A stretch of 35,280 nt of DNA from Azolla caroliniana (taxonomy: Eukaryota; Plantae; Polypodiophyta): assembly GCA_043228905.1 (NCBI GenBank), contig JBHGNT010000318.1, forward strand, positions 1 through 35,280. The letters run 5' to 3'. Numbering within the stretch: the stretch's first letter is position 1; each line of letters opens with the position of its first letter. A model generated the notes under the pieces. It was not told the origin of the DNA and ran no database searches. It worked only from the letters and a program-made list of their open reading frames with translations. A program made the translations under genes and the position numbers. Shown piece after piece: positions 20,521 to 34,842 of the stretch.

Positions 20521-23500
20521 GATGGCTAGATTGATCTAATATTCATGTAGCGCAAATATAAATTCAATAAAATATTTCTATTCTCTCTTTAATTTTGTGA
20601 AGATACAACATTCACACAATATTTTCAAGCATCCTATGATATCAAGATTTGATCTACATAAGAGATATTGAGGTTGGGACCTACCATAGAAACTACTTTT
20701 AAAACACCGATTATGTTTGAGGTAAAGTATGTTATTGGTGAAAACATTTGTCAAGGGTGGACATAGTGAATATTGTCAATATGGCAGATTTCTTTGCATA
20801 TTGTCCCCAATGGCCTACTTGTTCCTATAATCAACATCATACTACTTATTGTGAAAGAAGTTAATTTAATCAATGAACCTATTTAGAGCGATTGTACATA
20901 AACGAAAGTGTATTCTTCGACTAAATCTTGTGCTCCTCAATTGATTATCAATGCCGTTCTTTAAAACAATTATGAACCAAATGTTTTGCCCAATTCATTG
21001 TTCTGAGTTTTACTCCATGTAATGTGGGAATGTGATATATATCAATGTTGTAAAGCCATGTTCTAGTAAGGAAGTTCGCAATGATGTGACTTGAACTAGA
21101 ATCATCATGGCTTTCTTTACATCAAACATGTCATCACACAACAGTCACCAAAGAACCAAATATGCTATCTTACATTGCAAAAACACACAGGATTTACCAT
21201 TAGAATTGGGCAAAGTGGTTTGGTGCACAATTTTCTTTTGACATAAAATTTTTTCACTACCATTTAACCATGCTTCTATATTGGATTTTCAAGTTTATGT
21301 ACTTATACATCTCATGAAACTTAGCTAGAATGATGGGAATCTAAATTAAGATGGTCGACGGTCGTAGCCAAACAAAGATGTCTATTTCTTGTGCACTTTA
21401 TTTAACAAAAATGTTGTAATGTTTGAATGTGTACATGTGTAGTTATTCTACAATATGAATGGTTTATGCTTTTGAAGAAAATTTGTGTCCAACTTAAGTA
21501 GTTGGATCCATCGTATGAGTTAAACTCTAGTGTACATCATAAAGCAAGAATTCAACTTGTGGAAACTCTAGAGGCATTCGAAGACAACGATTTCATGTTC
21601 TAGATGGGAATATGTAGTCATGTCGGAACTCTTAATTTTCGTGTTTTTTTCATGTGCGAAAGGTGGTGGGTGAATGTGGGCTTTTAGAGAATGATGGTTG
21701 TGCGAGATTGAAGATGGGCAAGAGGCTAAATCAGAATTGAGTGGGAAATTTGTTTTGTTTTGAAATCATGCAAGCGCATGCGCAGACACAGTGAGTGGCC
21801 GTACAATCGAGTTGAGCTAGAGTGGAGGGTACACAAATTCATCATATACTGCAAATGATCTCAAGAGGCCATCAAGTGCGATGTGCGAGAGGTGTGGTTG
21901 TTGGGTGTGTTAGAAGGCGCTCCTTGTACCAAGGTAAGTTAAGTTGGTTCAATTGAAAGAAAAAGCAAACATAGGGACAAAGAGAGCGTCCCAAAAAGGG
22001 CTATAACTAAAGTTAAAAGTTAAAAGTTCAAAACTAACGAACAAAAAGAAAGAAGAAAATCAAAACAAAGAAAGCGCGGGACAATTTTGATGGAAGAAAT
22101 CAAATAAATCCTTCGTATAAATCTATATATATATATAATATTAATATATCATTTTTTTGCTTATTTATTGACTTTTATGATTTGTGGTTTAATATGTAGT
22201 GCGATTAGTTGTTTGTGTTGGTCGAAAATTCAAACAGCTAAAAAGAAGAAGAAGCAGAATGGACGCTAAATTAAAGTAAAAAACAAATTACAAAGTCTCT
22301 TTTACTTGAATTAGATTCTCCAAAAGCGAAAGAAACAAGAAATAATAAAATCGCATCTGAAATTAGAAAAATCGCTAATTATTATTATTTATTTGGGGGG
22401 GGGGGCGTTATGTGTGTGTTTTGTTGAATAAATACAAATCAATCAACTTAATTGAGAGATTATCTAAATCGATCCCTTTTTTTTTGTTTTATTTGATTCT
22501 TTTATTTATTTATTATTTTGGGACTTTGGTTTTTCTTCTTCTTCTTTTCTTATTCACGACAGTTATTCCATTTTGTATGATTGACTATATACACGTATGA
22601 TATGTGTATGATTGTGTTGTTCATTCTATTATTAGTAGCAAGCACCATCAATAAGAACAAGAATACTAATAATTTCCATTATAGAAACAATCAGCTTTAG
22701 AGTAGGCATTAAAAAGGGATAAGGGAAATTGCACACACATGTGTGTCCCCAAGATCAAGCTTTCTAACCCCATTCAATTTTCAATTGTACATTGATTGCC
22801 ATGCTAACATTTCTACTACTAGTATCATACAAAATGAGCCCCCAAAAGCCTAAAACATATTAGATAAAACAAAGGAAAGAGATTTTTTGGGTGGAGGGGG
22901 AGAATACAATGCAATATTATGTTTTATGAATGAACCCCCACCCAAACAAATTTAATTCATCTCCAGTTCTTTCACACTTTACATGGAATTTTGTGATCAA
23001 TACACCGACACAACATTTTCCTTCGTTAATAGCAACACGATACATTCTCTCCCTCTAATACATACATAGGACATTTCTACAATCTTCTCTTACTTATTTA
23101 TCTATCCACTACCTTATATTCACCAAGAAACAAATGGATGTCAAATAAAAAGATAAATAGAAGCCCATTCATTTGTTGTTTTTGAGCTTAACACTCCACA
23201 TCTCCTACATGTGGCAACGCTAATCATATTATATTCTTGCAAAACTTATATTACATGCATAAGCAATGTTAGCACGTGTTTCTTTCGGTACCTATTGGAG
23301 GTCGTGTTAGTTGAGACATCATGTAGTTGCTATGGTCTGAAATAAGGGGACGAAGTATCCGATTATTGGCTATTTAGAGGTGTTATTTGTGCCTTAGGAT
23401 ATTATCTTGAGAACATGTAGATGTATCATCTACCTACATGTGCCCATTTCAATGTAATGGCTTCACCTAATAAACCATAAAAGTTTTGTGGACTTCGACA

Positions 23501-24454
23501 TAAGTGAATGTATGAATTATCTACAAATATATGCTTCTACGGATCAAACCAAGTCAACATTATGCATGCCATTGGAAAAAACAGATGATACGCCTCACAC
23601 AACATACGCTCTTGCTTCCAAGCAAGTTTAAATATTAAATTAGTATATATATTCAATTTCTTTCATGCGAAACCTTGGCTACGAAAACAATCAAGAATAT
23701 CGGAAATTTTCCTTGTACATAAGCTTCTTGAATGTGACAAAGGTTCCTTCTACCAAGCAAAATGGCCAAATTCTTTTTCATGCACAAATTTCCTCTCGCA
23801 AACATCCATTACAACAATTGAAGATGTGTGGTCAACCAATATCACATGCTGAAAAATGAAGGGTGGATGTAAACAAGAAATGACTCATTCATACGTCTAG
23901 GAAGTGTATGTGTTACAAATTTCTGTTGAAATTTAGGTAAAGTATTAAAAACACTTGTCTTATACACTGAAAATTGAAAGCATCCATACAAGTTTCTAAA
24001 ATATCAATAGTATCTCGGGGTCAAGTTTTTAAGCCATGAAAATAACACCTATTAGAACATATAATATAGTAAAAGAAAGTAACAATGACAATGAAATAAA
24101 AGCGAAAGGATGATAATATTTAAGCTATGTTATGATCATATTTTTGTTAAGCCTTCCATGAACGACTTCTTACTCTTATCTTTTGCTATCTATCTTACAC
24201 ACATTCCTAAACATTGACCCTTGCACCATGCCACCAACACATGTATGCGGTTTATGAGGATCCCAAGTAGTGCACACATTCCCTTTTGAGATAGTGTAAT
24301 AAAACATATCTCAACCAATTATGTGGGGACAGATTCCCTAGATGTCTATGGATTATAGTTTATATGATTTGATTTGCACTTGGCCTGTTTAATGACCTTG
24401 ATAAAAGCAAATTGCAAACAATGGTGTGGTATTTGTCTTTTTTTCATCATTATC

Positions 24455-24565
24455 GTGTGATTGAATAACTTTGTAATATTTTTCTTGGCAACTTCTCATA
24501 TATGGTTTGGTTCTCACAAAGCTGTGTGATTGAATGACTTTGTAATATCTTGGCAACTTCTTGTA
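24455..24565 (+). repeat. Imperfect direct duplication (about 45 bp, period about 69 bp)
   Basis: gtgtgattgaat.actttgtaatat(ttt)tcttggcaacttct occurs twice (YYKVIQSH repeated in ORF 24389-24655). Confidence 0.85.
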
Positions 24566-26949
24566 TCTTGTTCGGTTCTCACTAAGGTGTTTCCAATTAA
24601 ACAATGTTACATTTATGTATGATCTTCTTCCATAGTATTCTTTTTGCTCATCCAATTAACTCATGTTTGATGTAATGGTCGTGAGTCTAATACTGAAATA
24701 ATATTGTTGACAGTTGTTTTCATTTAAGAAATGGATGGTAAATATTACCATAATAACCAATGCCTCCTATCTAAATAGTAAAAACATAACAATGAAGTAA
24801 CATAGAGATTTATTTAGTCATATATTGAAGTAAAGTACAATCCATGGGGGTTATTAATATATGCAAATGTTTTCTAAGTCAACAAACACGATACGACAAT
24901 ATAGTGGAGAAGTGTGAAAGTGGTACAAAATTAATAATTTAACCACTATCGAACGTTTATGCAAGTCCTTGAGATAGTGAAATTTTTCGAATGCATTCTT
25001 AATATGTTTGAAGATTCATTCATTATATCAAGAGAAACTATTGATGTTATAACATAAATTAATCTCACAAGCATTACAATTATGCAACAGAGAAGAGAAT
25101 GTAGGTGTGCCATGAAATTGTTGCTTATAGTTTCTAAGGGCACATCTTATGAAAATATATGGCATAATTTATTTTTTAAAGAAAAATGCACCTTAGTATA
25201 TTACTTCAAAATTGTACATAGAAAACAGAAGGAGACATTTCATCACACTTCTATTGTGATACAAAGGCTAGTATAAGCATGTGATCAAACAGAGGATGTC
25301 ATATATGAAACAAGTGGAGCAATAACTACGAGCAATACAACAGAAAGAGACGGTATGGTATAATTCCACCTCATACGAGAAGCTGTATCCGAAAATAAGT
25401 GAAGCCCTTGCCATTGTTTCTTAAAGGCCACTTGACATTGCCATAGAACATCAGTCGAACCCAGCGGATCATTATATTGGCCAAGTATTGTGTGGACAAA
25501 TAACATCCAGAATTCAATAAGCATGGCGTGGATATGTATGTGAGCATTGTAAAAAACAACATCACATCTCTATTATCCCCCTATTATCCAAAGATCCAAC
25601 GACGTAATAGTACGCCAAATAACCAGATTTTCAATTATGAACCATTGAATAGAAGATGGAAATATATGGTGCAATTGCAATAGTAAGGTTGAGTATAGAG
25701 TATGCTTTTCTCCATTGTGGTTGAAACTTATGCTCCCACTCACAAAGTATTCCATGGTTGCATTCGCTCCATCACATATGTAGAGGGAGTTGGCCATGTA
25801 GGAGGCATGTTCTTAGGGAGCTCTATATCTATATAGTGACTAAGAGGAGGAGAATGAGAACATGGTTCAAGATGAGATTAGGTTTAGGATTGATGTGGTA
25901 TGTTACCTTGAGGCCATCACATTATAGACATTGAACCATAACTACACTTAATTAATGATGTCTTGTTCTTACTAGTGCACTAGGGGAAGAGTTGTAACCA
26001 ACACCCATGAAAGAAAGCTAGTGAATGGGGTATTTTGGCAACCAACAATAATGTACCATGAATTAGGGGGGAAATGAGGGGGAAATGTGAAGCCTTGTAT
26101 AATGATTATACTATATATGTTGTACCAAAATACTGAAATATCATTTTCTTTTAGTGGGAAAACTCAAGTTAGCAATACATGGTAGATACTAGAACCCACC
26201 CTCGTGTTTGCTAACTACATTGCTTGGTATGAGTTATCTCATATTCTCTTTGGTGCAAGATGGGGTATTGGGGCCCTAGCCATGAAACTCAACAACTTTG
26301 CATGTTTTTGGTTAAAACAAATCCTTGAGTCTTGAGTATTACATTTTGTTGCAATGGTCCACCTCCATCCACAATCCAATCATATGTCTAAACATATTTT
26401 TATCATAGCGACATTACATACTCTCAATTCCAATGCTCTTTATCAAGAATCAATTACCAACTCCACGCACAACACATGACAAATGTTGAGTTGCAATTGG
26501 GTTTACCAACATTCTCTATCTAAATAATAGGTCTTTTAATGGTTTGAAGGCACTATTGCCCATCAAGTGGTATGTAACATGAAAGGCTATTATGTATAAA
26601 AGTGAAAATGACAATTTACTTTAAGAGTTTGCAAGACTGATTTAGGATGACAACAATTGTTCATCATGTGACCACCAATGAATCAATATTTAAGTTTGAC
26701 AATACAACTACCCATCATGTGACCTACATAAGTTGCCATATGGGCACACATTTGGGAAGAGAGAGAGAGAGTAGACGTAATCAAAGTATTTAGTTAACAC
26801 TATGCATGTATCTTTTGTAATATATCGTCTCCTTGTCTTGAATCACTATATATGAATGTTTTGGTTAAGTATTTATTTAACACTATTTAATTGATGGATT
26901 CGTCACATAAGGAGAATCAAGCCGATACAACTGTGGATGTCAAAATGAA

Positions 26950-27900
26950 ACGTTAGAAAATAATTTCCCTACTGTGATTTGTTGACGATTTAGTCTTTTG
27001 CATGGTGTAGAAAGCTTTAGGGGAAAGTTGAAATGTTGTAGAAAATTTTACAAGGTGGCATGGTGTCCAATTATTAACAAATTGTAAGGAAATTTGGAAT
27101 CTCATTTGTAGGGAACCTACCTACTTATAACATCCTTAGTTATATGCAGAAGAAACGATATATAAGGTAATTTCTTTTAAAATTGATATATCTGCAAAGT
27201 GGAAGAGATTTGAGCCATTTGCATTAACATTTCCTTCTTGCATATGAGTAGAACAAGAAGCACAAACCATGATTAGTGCAAGAGAATTTTTTCAATCAAG
27301 CATGATTTTTCCACCCATGCCAAAACTCATACTGTTAAAGTTAAAGTTAGTAATTTCTTGGTAGAGTGAGTAGGTGGTTCGTTGTGAGGTGTAGGGAATA
27401 GGGCCCCTAAATCAACTTACAATTAATCAAACCTTTAAAACATTTGGCCCCCTTAGGACATGCCCCACAATTGGAATATAAATTAAGTCAAACCCTTATA
27501 TAAAAGGGGAGATATAAAAAATATGAACAATTATCAAACAAACATGATTAGTCTCTTACGATAAAGTTATATGGAAGTGTAATGGAGTCAAACCTACGTT
27601 CATGGTTTGAAGCAAATGGAAAGAGAGCAACGCAAAGGAGGGTTTTAAATGCATCAAAACACCATTGATCATCTTATTATTGTTTGGGTCCTATTGGCGG
27701 AAGTTGTTTAAAAAGTAAAATATTATATTATTAATTTGTAGACTTCAAGAAATCTTTTCAATTGATTTCAAAACACAAAGGAAACTCAAAGTACCACGTG
27801 AATATATGCATCTATGAGAAGGTAATGTGCGATGTGCCTATGGGAGGTGGAATGTCATATATTTTTGCTAACACTATTGTGTTAAGCAACCCTCACTCTC
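26950..27900 (+). mobile_element. Decayed Mutator-like (MULE)/SWIM zinc-finger transposase remnant
   Basis: Frame-broken pieces NGV.TYVHGLKQ (cf. N..ESYH..LK) at about 27580, and KYHVNIC...CD/CLW....FC*H (SWIM CxC...CxH) at about 27790-27875. Confidence 0.4.
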
Positions 27901-28374
27901 ACCCACTCTTTGTGTTTATTGCATCGATAAATCAAAAGAAATGGTTGACAGTATTTAAAATAAGAAGGCACTGGAAAGGATGCCATTGGGAATGGACTTA
28001 TCATGCTTTTGTTATACGCGAATGATGTATCTTCAGAAACTTTTGTTTGTAGCACCAATAGCTTTGAGACACAATTATGGGTGAAGGTTCAAAATAAAGA
28101 TAAACCAAACATTGTGTACAATAATGAGCTCATTGAGGATGGCTCTCATACAAACATGCTACAACGAATAAATTTATCCACTATCCTAACCATTGTTTCC
28201 ACAAAACTTTGCTCAAATTCTCTTTTGTTGGAGATTAGGAGTTGAGCCCCATACAACTACTATATACTCATTGTTTTTTCCTCAAACAAAATTTTAGCTT
28301 AAGTATCATGCATCTATCTCCTACAGTGTGCCACATTCGTCTGCACTTAAAGATTGTTTTCCCGACATCAGCCC

Positions 28375-28462
28375 TCCAAATCATGACATATTAATTGTGA
28401 ACATCCTTAATTCACTTCCAAATCATGACATATTAATTGTGAACATCCTTAATTCACTTCCA
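28375..28462 (+). repeat. Perfect 42-bp tandem duplication
   Basis: tccaaatcatgacatattaattgtgaacatccttaattcact x2 (28375-28416 and 28417-28458), plus tcca. Confidence 0.95.
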
Positions 28463-28749
28463 CACATTGGATCATGTAGCAATATAGACCTATCCCAATA
28501 CACATTTGTCTCACTCACATTGTCACTTCTACATACAAGAATCACTTAACATTGAGAATTACTAATTAACTACATGTATATTATGTGGGCATGATTCACC
28601 TCAATTCCACCCTACAGATATTAATAAAACTTATCTATCAATGTATCTACTTGTACACAAGCACACACTTGAAAATATCTCCCTTAAATGGGATCCCTTC
28701 ATGAACATAACATGTCACACTCATTCATATAAGTCATGAGTTTTAGGCT

Positions 28750-29270
28750 ACCACCCTCCTAATTAATGTTGAGGTTTCCCCCCTTGAGTATTGCTTGTCC
28801 TTATGCCAACACGTTAACGCCCAACCTTGAGCAAGATTCTCTGAATGCGATGTTATTACTTTGTAACATGTGGTATGCTTTTGCACATATGAAATTGAAA
28901 GTCTCAAAAGATGGGTGGTCAATGTGGGGCTAGCATGGAGTAACCTTGGGCATCAACATGTGCTCAAGAAGATACACACTTCCAAATGCTTTGGTGTGTC
29001 AAACTCGGTTCTAATCTCTTTCACATCATAAATAGGTTTCAACTTTCAACTAACATTACTCTTCACAAACTCACATGATCCATGGTTTACACATTTCCTT
29101 GGATTCTAGAAGGATCACCGGACAGGGTTTGCAGTCCTTTCAAATGCATAGAAATAGTAGACTTGATAATGAGAAAATACAAGAAAGATTTGATATAGGC
29201 CCTATTTCCAAAATGACAAAGTTTACTAATATCTCCATGCACAAACTTCTAAAAACCATATGATGACCAC
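28750..29270 (-). mobile_element. Possible decayed CACTA (Tnp2/DUF4218-like) transposase remnant
   Basis: Minus-strand AFGSVYLLEHML...HI.HP..E...IC...YH...FRE...LG..V...QAILKG loosely follows the CACTA block LC.LE..FPP...HL..HL...GP...ER...LK..V.N.A.PEG. Heavily degraded. Confidence 0.3.
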
Positions 29271-29368
29271 GAAAACAAAACCATAGGTCACTTGGTCTTG
29301 GCCATTCTTAGTGTTTTATTAGAATTATGAACGTCTTTGAAGAACTTTGGCCAGTGGACACCATAACA

Positions 29369-29440
29369 ACACACACACACACACAATATATATATATACA
29401 TATATACATATATACATATATATCTATATCTATATCTATA
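29369..29440. repeat. Compound (AC)n/(TA)n/(CATATA)n/(TCTATA)n microsatellite
   Basis: Directly visible. Confidence 0.95.
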
Positions 29441-29476
29441 TTATATCACACATAATCTCCCATATAATTTTTAATA

Positions 29477-29642
29477 TCTACTTAATAAAAGAAATGATCA
29501 AGGACTACATTCTATATAGGAATAAGACATTTTTCATTAGCACGTTGGACTCCGTATTGGCAACACTCATTTTTTGCTATTGTAATTCAATATTATCTAG
29601 AAAAACATTATCGTAAGCGTATGCACAAACAAGGATGTCTAG
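29477..29642 (+). mobile_element. Candidate short non-autonomous Helitron (about 166 bp)
   Basis: Starts A|TCTACTTAATAAAA and ends CTAG|T (AT target, no TSD). A degenerate GC-containing subterminal segment cgtaagcgtatgcac lies about 12 nt before the CTAG. Confidence 0.4.
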
Positions 29643-32199
29643 TATAACATAGTTTAACTCATAATGCAAGGGAGGTGACATCTTTGACCAAATGTGTTTA
29701 TATCATACCACCTTAAGGGTAGCAAGGAGGTGCGAGAAAAATCAAATATTGTGTAAGATTTTTCTAGGATGTATGTCCCATGTCACATGTGAATGTTAAT
29801 ATTATCCATGATAGATGTTATTCTCTGTCACCAAATGGACTTTATGATAGCACATGTGGTTTGTATTTATATGTTTCTTGCTCTTAAATTGCGTCACCAT
29901 ACTTGGGCTAGTTTGGCCTTGGAATTGGTTTGCTCCAGCCTCCAACCCTTATTCATTTATCAAGGATTTATTTGATTATATTAGTGTTATAGATATAGTT
30001 TTCCTTGGCTTAGATTTATGGAATGCTTTTATTTGGGCCTAGATTGCACGTACCTCAAAGAACTCAATGTTTTGAATCTAGACTTATGATTTACGAAAGA
30101 GAGTTTGAATCACCTTATGACATGATGTGACTTGTCTCCTTTCTTATCCCAATACCATCATGATTACACCATGAGAATCAACAAAACATAAACACAAAAT
30201 GTCAACATTTAAAACGATCTTGTATAAAAATCTTTAATGCATGCTAATTGATATACTTAGTAGTATTTCTTAAAAGTGGTGATGACTACATGGATAAATA
30301 CATGTTGGATCTGGTATGCTATCCTCCTCTAATACTTATAGGTGTTTGGGGTCCCTTGCAATATGAGCTTGCATAGGGTAGAGTGCTCAAAAGGTAAACC
30401 CCACTATCTTCAACAGGCCTATATTAGCAATTTGGAAACGTCACTAATGAATTGTATAATGGGAAAGAGACATAAATTGGAGAGGATGGGCTCTTGTATA
30501 AGTAGCTCTAATTCTTGGCCCAAGTGAGATATTGTGTTTACAATAGTTCCCAATACCCACATACAATATGATCGAATGGACGGTTTAAAAACCATGAATT
30601 TGTGGGGGCATCTAGTAACTCGATCTTTATTTTGCTATATTTTCATCCATTATCTATATTGTCGTTCTTCAAATTTGTACTTGTGCTTTACTTGAAAATG
30701 TCCTCCAGTATCCATATTTTGTATAGGTTTTATCTTTTTAATGTAAGAGAGTAAAGAAAATCTGTAGAGACTCCTTATGTAGCAAATTTCAAAAGGGTTG
30801 ATGGATGCATGTGAAATTTATTCTCCAAAAGGAGAAACTCTCGGTGCCTACTAGTGATGATATTACTACTTATTTCTAGGCCGTCTAGTTTGAGAGAGAT
30901 TGTAATGCAACAAAGCAACTTGGACTTTTCCTCTAGGAAAACATCATTTTTTCAAATTTATGAGAAAGAAGAGACCTCTAACATTACTAGAATTATGGAC
31001 ATCCGAAGGGGGGAGGGGAGGCTTAAGGGCTCTCTTGTCTTCCCAACAATAGGGGATATCGTTTTTATGTTTTGTCGGCTCTCACTTTTCAAGTTTTACT
31101 CATCTTCACCTCCATCAAAATTAGACATTCTAATATCTTGGGAAGCCAAAGTTTGAAAAACTTAATAATAAAAACTATATTTCTCAATGAAAAGTAAGTA
31201 CATATATTTTACAAATGCAAGATAAGTACATTTTAACCTTTTAATAACTTCTACCCTACCGGTACCAAGAAAGTTCAAATGATTTATAAGGTAAACTCTG
31301 GCATGATAAGAGTTGACATGAATATGAGCTTTGTTGGACTAGTCCTAGTGTGAATGTTTAAGTTGTTGAAATGTGAAAATCCATGTGGAGGATAATTTAT
31401 TATCAATGAAATCTGCTAAACTTAAAACATTTTTCTCCCATCTATTTTTGAAAACCTCCCGTTCTAGTTTTAGTTCATCTCTTTGATATTTATAGAGGGA
31501 GTCTACAATTCATTTTTGATATTTATATGTTGCCAATATTGTAAACTCATAAACTCCAACTTTAAAAACTGTCACCGTGTTAGTCATCTAGACATAAAAG
31601 ATTATCATATCATGAACTGAGGCGCCTCACAAATGAATTCCAGGCATAGTTCACTAAAAACTGACAATATTTCTACCTTGGCATCTCAAGAATGACAATA
31701 AAACAACAGGATAGATAGCAAAAAAGTGACAAAGACTTATCAAGAAGATTTAAGGGAGACAAATTGTAATTAGAAAGCATAAGAAGCAATCCATCAGTCT
31801 TGAATCAACACATGCTGATGATATTCAGTGTGACAGACTCCCAACAACATGGTTACTCCAATTTTGACATCACCGCTTGGGAGTGATGAGAGTTGAATAT
31901 AAAGAGCTACCTAAATAAAAATCTAGTCTTCCTAAAACAAACCTAAATAAAAGATATTACCCTTCAAGAAAAGGATCTAAATAAACTCTAACTTCTTTAG
32001 TCAATCCTAAACCATGTTATTATATTATGATGTATTGAGTATATCAGTTTTGTTGTTCAATCTTCCATCATTCTTCTCCTGTTATAAATCACAACAGAGT
32101 ATTTACATGATGACCAGTTCCTAACAATCATAATTACAGAAAAAATTGACATCAGGTTTCCAGTGCTTTAGTAATGATATTTGCTTTCCAATTGTTCCT

Positions 32200-33850
32200 T
32201 TGCTGCTTTAAAAAAAATCTATTAGCCTGGGAAAAAGCATTTGACATTTTGGCCCCAAATTTCCACCACCAGTCCCTCATTAAGAGATGCCTGCACTGCA
32301 TTAATCATTTGTTTCATTGTTTCAGTAAGCATGCTCTACACTTACTTTAGCTTATTCAAAATTCCAGTACATTAAATCTTTTTAGGTGAACTTATATACG
32401 ATTCATGGCAATTTGGTATTCTCAAATATACAACCTCGTTTATATAAACATCTATCATCTAGGTTGCCCTCAATCCTAGAATCTCTTGACACCATTTATT
32501 GTGTATAAAGTAACTCATCCGCTATTTCAGATTTTAATACACTATGGAGCTGATGAGATGCATTACGAAGTACACCAAGATGGTAGAAGTCTCCATAAGT
32601 GAATTTGCTATTTGCTTAGTATCCAACTGCAAATGATGTATATGGATATGACTGTCCATAATGAATCCTTACAATATGTTATTTTTGCCCATAGGATCCA
32701 ATATGGGGCATAAGAAATCTCGTAGATGTGAACATATTGGAATAGACAAAAGAGACATGAGTGGATCATCGAGTGCGCTCATGAGCATAAGTGGTGTAAT
32801 CCGATCAAGGACTGCCCATATGCCATTCAATGATCCCACATTCAAGGATTCTAACATTAAAGCATAGTCTTATGTTACGAGAGACTGACCTGTTTGACGT
32901 CCATGAAAGACTGATTACAATTTATGGAACAAATCTGAACAAATAAATTGCAAATGTATATGCATCTTGTACTTCTAGTGTTCCACGCCTGTCAAAAAAT
33001 ATGCTGCTGGGGCACTAAATCAAAAACTTGATAGAAGTCTACAGAGCAATAACATGGTCCTTAACATTTCAAACCTGATAGGCCCACAAGTGGTCATATT
33101 ATTTATAACTTCGATGGGACAAGCTGGGTCTCAGCCTTCTGTTCTGTTGCTAGGGAACCACCTCCAGGAAGAGCCACTGTAAGGACTGATCAAGGATGAC
33201 CACTTAGGCAATTCTATCTGAGGTGTTGGCATCCAGGACGCTCCCATGACCTATGATGGCTGGTGGCAATGCATGGGCTAGATCCCCAACTGGACATGGT
33301 CACATGGCTGGAAGCTCCAGGATAAAGACGAGGAACTGGAAATGTGAGTGGAAGAGGAATGAGGAGAAATGTGAGTGGAAGAGGAATGAGGAGAAATGTA
33401 CGGGACCGATTTCATCAGCACCATGCATTGTGAACAGGAATGTCACGAGCCACACTTTCTGGAGAAGAAGAGACACATCACGGACTCTTCATTGGGGTGA
33501 TTATACAATTTGGGGGGCCCTGGTTGACTATCAAGCCCAATTCCACTCTTTCAGGTCATGAAATTGTCGATGGGGAGGACTGGCGATTTAGTGGGCCAGA
33601 CTATGTGATAGTCACCAAGAGAAGATCAGATACTTAGGAGCTACTATGGTTCCAATAACGGATTTCAACTGGTCTTTGGAAGGCCAAGGCAGTTGACCAT
33701 GGATAAGTGTTCCATAAGAAATCAAACACTTGAGAATAAGCATTCCTGGAACAGTTGGTAAGAGACCTCTGAATATATACCCAACACTCAAGCGGACAGC
33801 AAATAAAGAGATAACTATTGACCAAGGTCGCTAAATACACAGGAATTAAG
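32200..33850 (-). mobile_element. Possible decayed LINE-like remnants
   Basis: Stop-riddled minus-strand translations with Trp/Cys patterns resembling LINE ORF1 (PLLEP..LLSI.SSLG; Y.HPN...C....CG..H...C) and the ORF2 C-terminus (KWCQEILG...CIFEN...WWWKF). No RT motif seen. Confidence 0.3.
33339..33399 (+). repeat. Perfect 27-bp tandem duplication
   Basis: gaaatgtgagtggaagaggaatgagga x2, plus gaaatgt. Confidence 0.95.
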
Positions 33851-34282
33851 AGGTTAAATAATGATCTGACAATGCCAGCTTAGAGAGGCTTGATTATGCA
33901 CCGTCAAGAGATGATTACAACATAGTATTCAAAAGAAAGAAATCATTTTAATTTAGTGATCCTAATGAGCGATGGCTGCTTGTTTTATATCCTCCATACA
34001 CTTGGAGTCATAATAACTGAAGAGAATACCATAGGTGTTGAAACTTGCAATCAAATAAACATCAAGAGAAAACCAACAATGACATATAAGAACTGTGTTT
34101 TTGCAACACAAATTTTTCCAATAGGATTTGATGAAAACAGAATTAAAACTTCACCATTTTCAGAGAGCAAATTCAATTCAGTACATAGCTGAATTAATAG
34201 CTGAATTAAACATAACTAAGTGTTATCATTTTCTTTTTTCATACAAAAATGTCCTCACATAATTAGAGAATCCAGTAGTTCA

Positions 34283-34842
34283 TCAAACTACATGGGAGGG
34301 GGTAGATTCATTTCCAACAACATTGGATTTAACAAAACCAAGAGTTTTCAACTCTTGGAGAAGCTGCTTTTCTGCTTCTGCCTGGACAACACCCAAAGAA
34401 ATGCAATTTATATAGAGACGATTTTTCATAACTGCAAAAATGTAATCACTACTCCATTTTAAGTCATACCTCCAAGTTTGGAGAATTCTTTGGAAGGTTG
34501 CATGCTAATACAATGCTCCAGCCAGTTTTAAGAGCTGTTCAAAAGGATTAATGAGTTTCTTCTCTAGTAAAAAAATGTTTATTGTCTGGAGGAGGTCAAA
34601 TACTTAGTCTACGTGCAATGCTGGCTCCAACATTATCAGCACTCCCTCCAATTAAAGTAGCCAGACTTGGCGTTCTATCCTGTATAAACAATTGTAGGAC
34701 TAGATTGACCCACCTCATAACCATTGTAGGACTACATGTTCTCTCAGAAATTCGCATGAACTTGAGAACTTACAAACGGTGTTGGCATGCTCACATATAG
34801 ATGACCAAATTTTGCAGAATTGTATCCAATCCAGATGTAAAG
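34283..34842 (-). CDS. PAC4: Proteasome assembly chaperone 4 (PAC4/PSMG4), last four exons; first exon not found in the window
   Basis: GT-AG exons 34842-34774, 34679-34604, 34534-34470 and 34381-34283 splice in frame to LYIWIGYNSAKFGHLYVSMPTPF|DRTPSLATLIGGSADNVGASIARRL|TLKTGWSIVLACNLPKNSPNLE|AEAEKQLLQELKTLGFV...*, matching the plant PAC4 sequence as I recall it. Confidence 0.9.
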
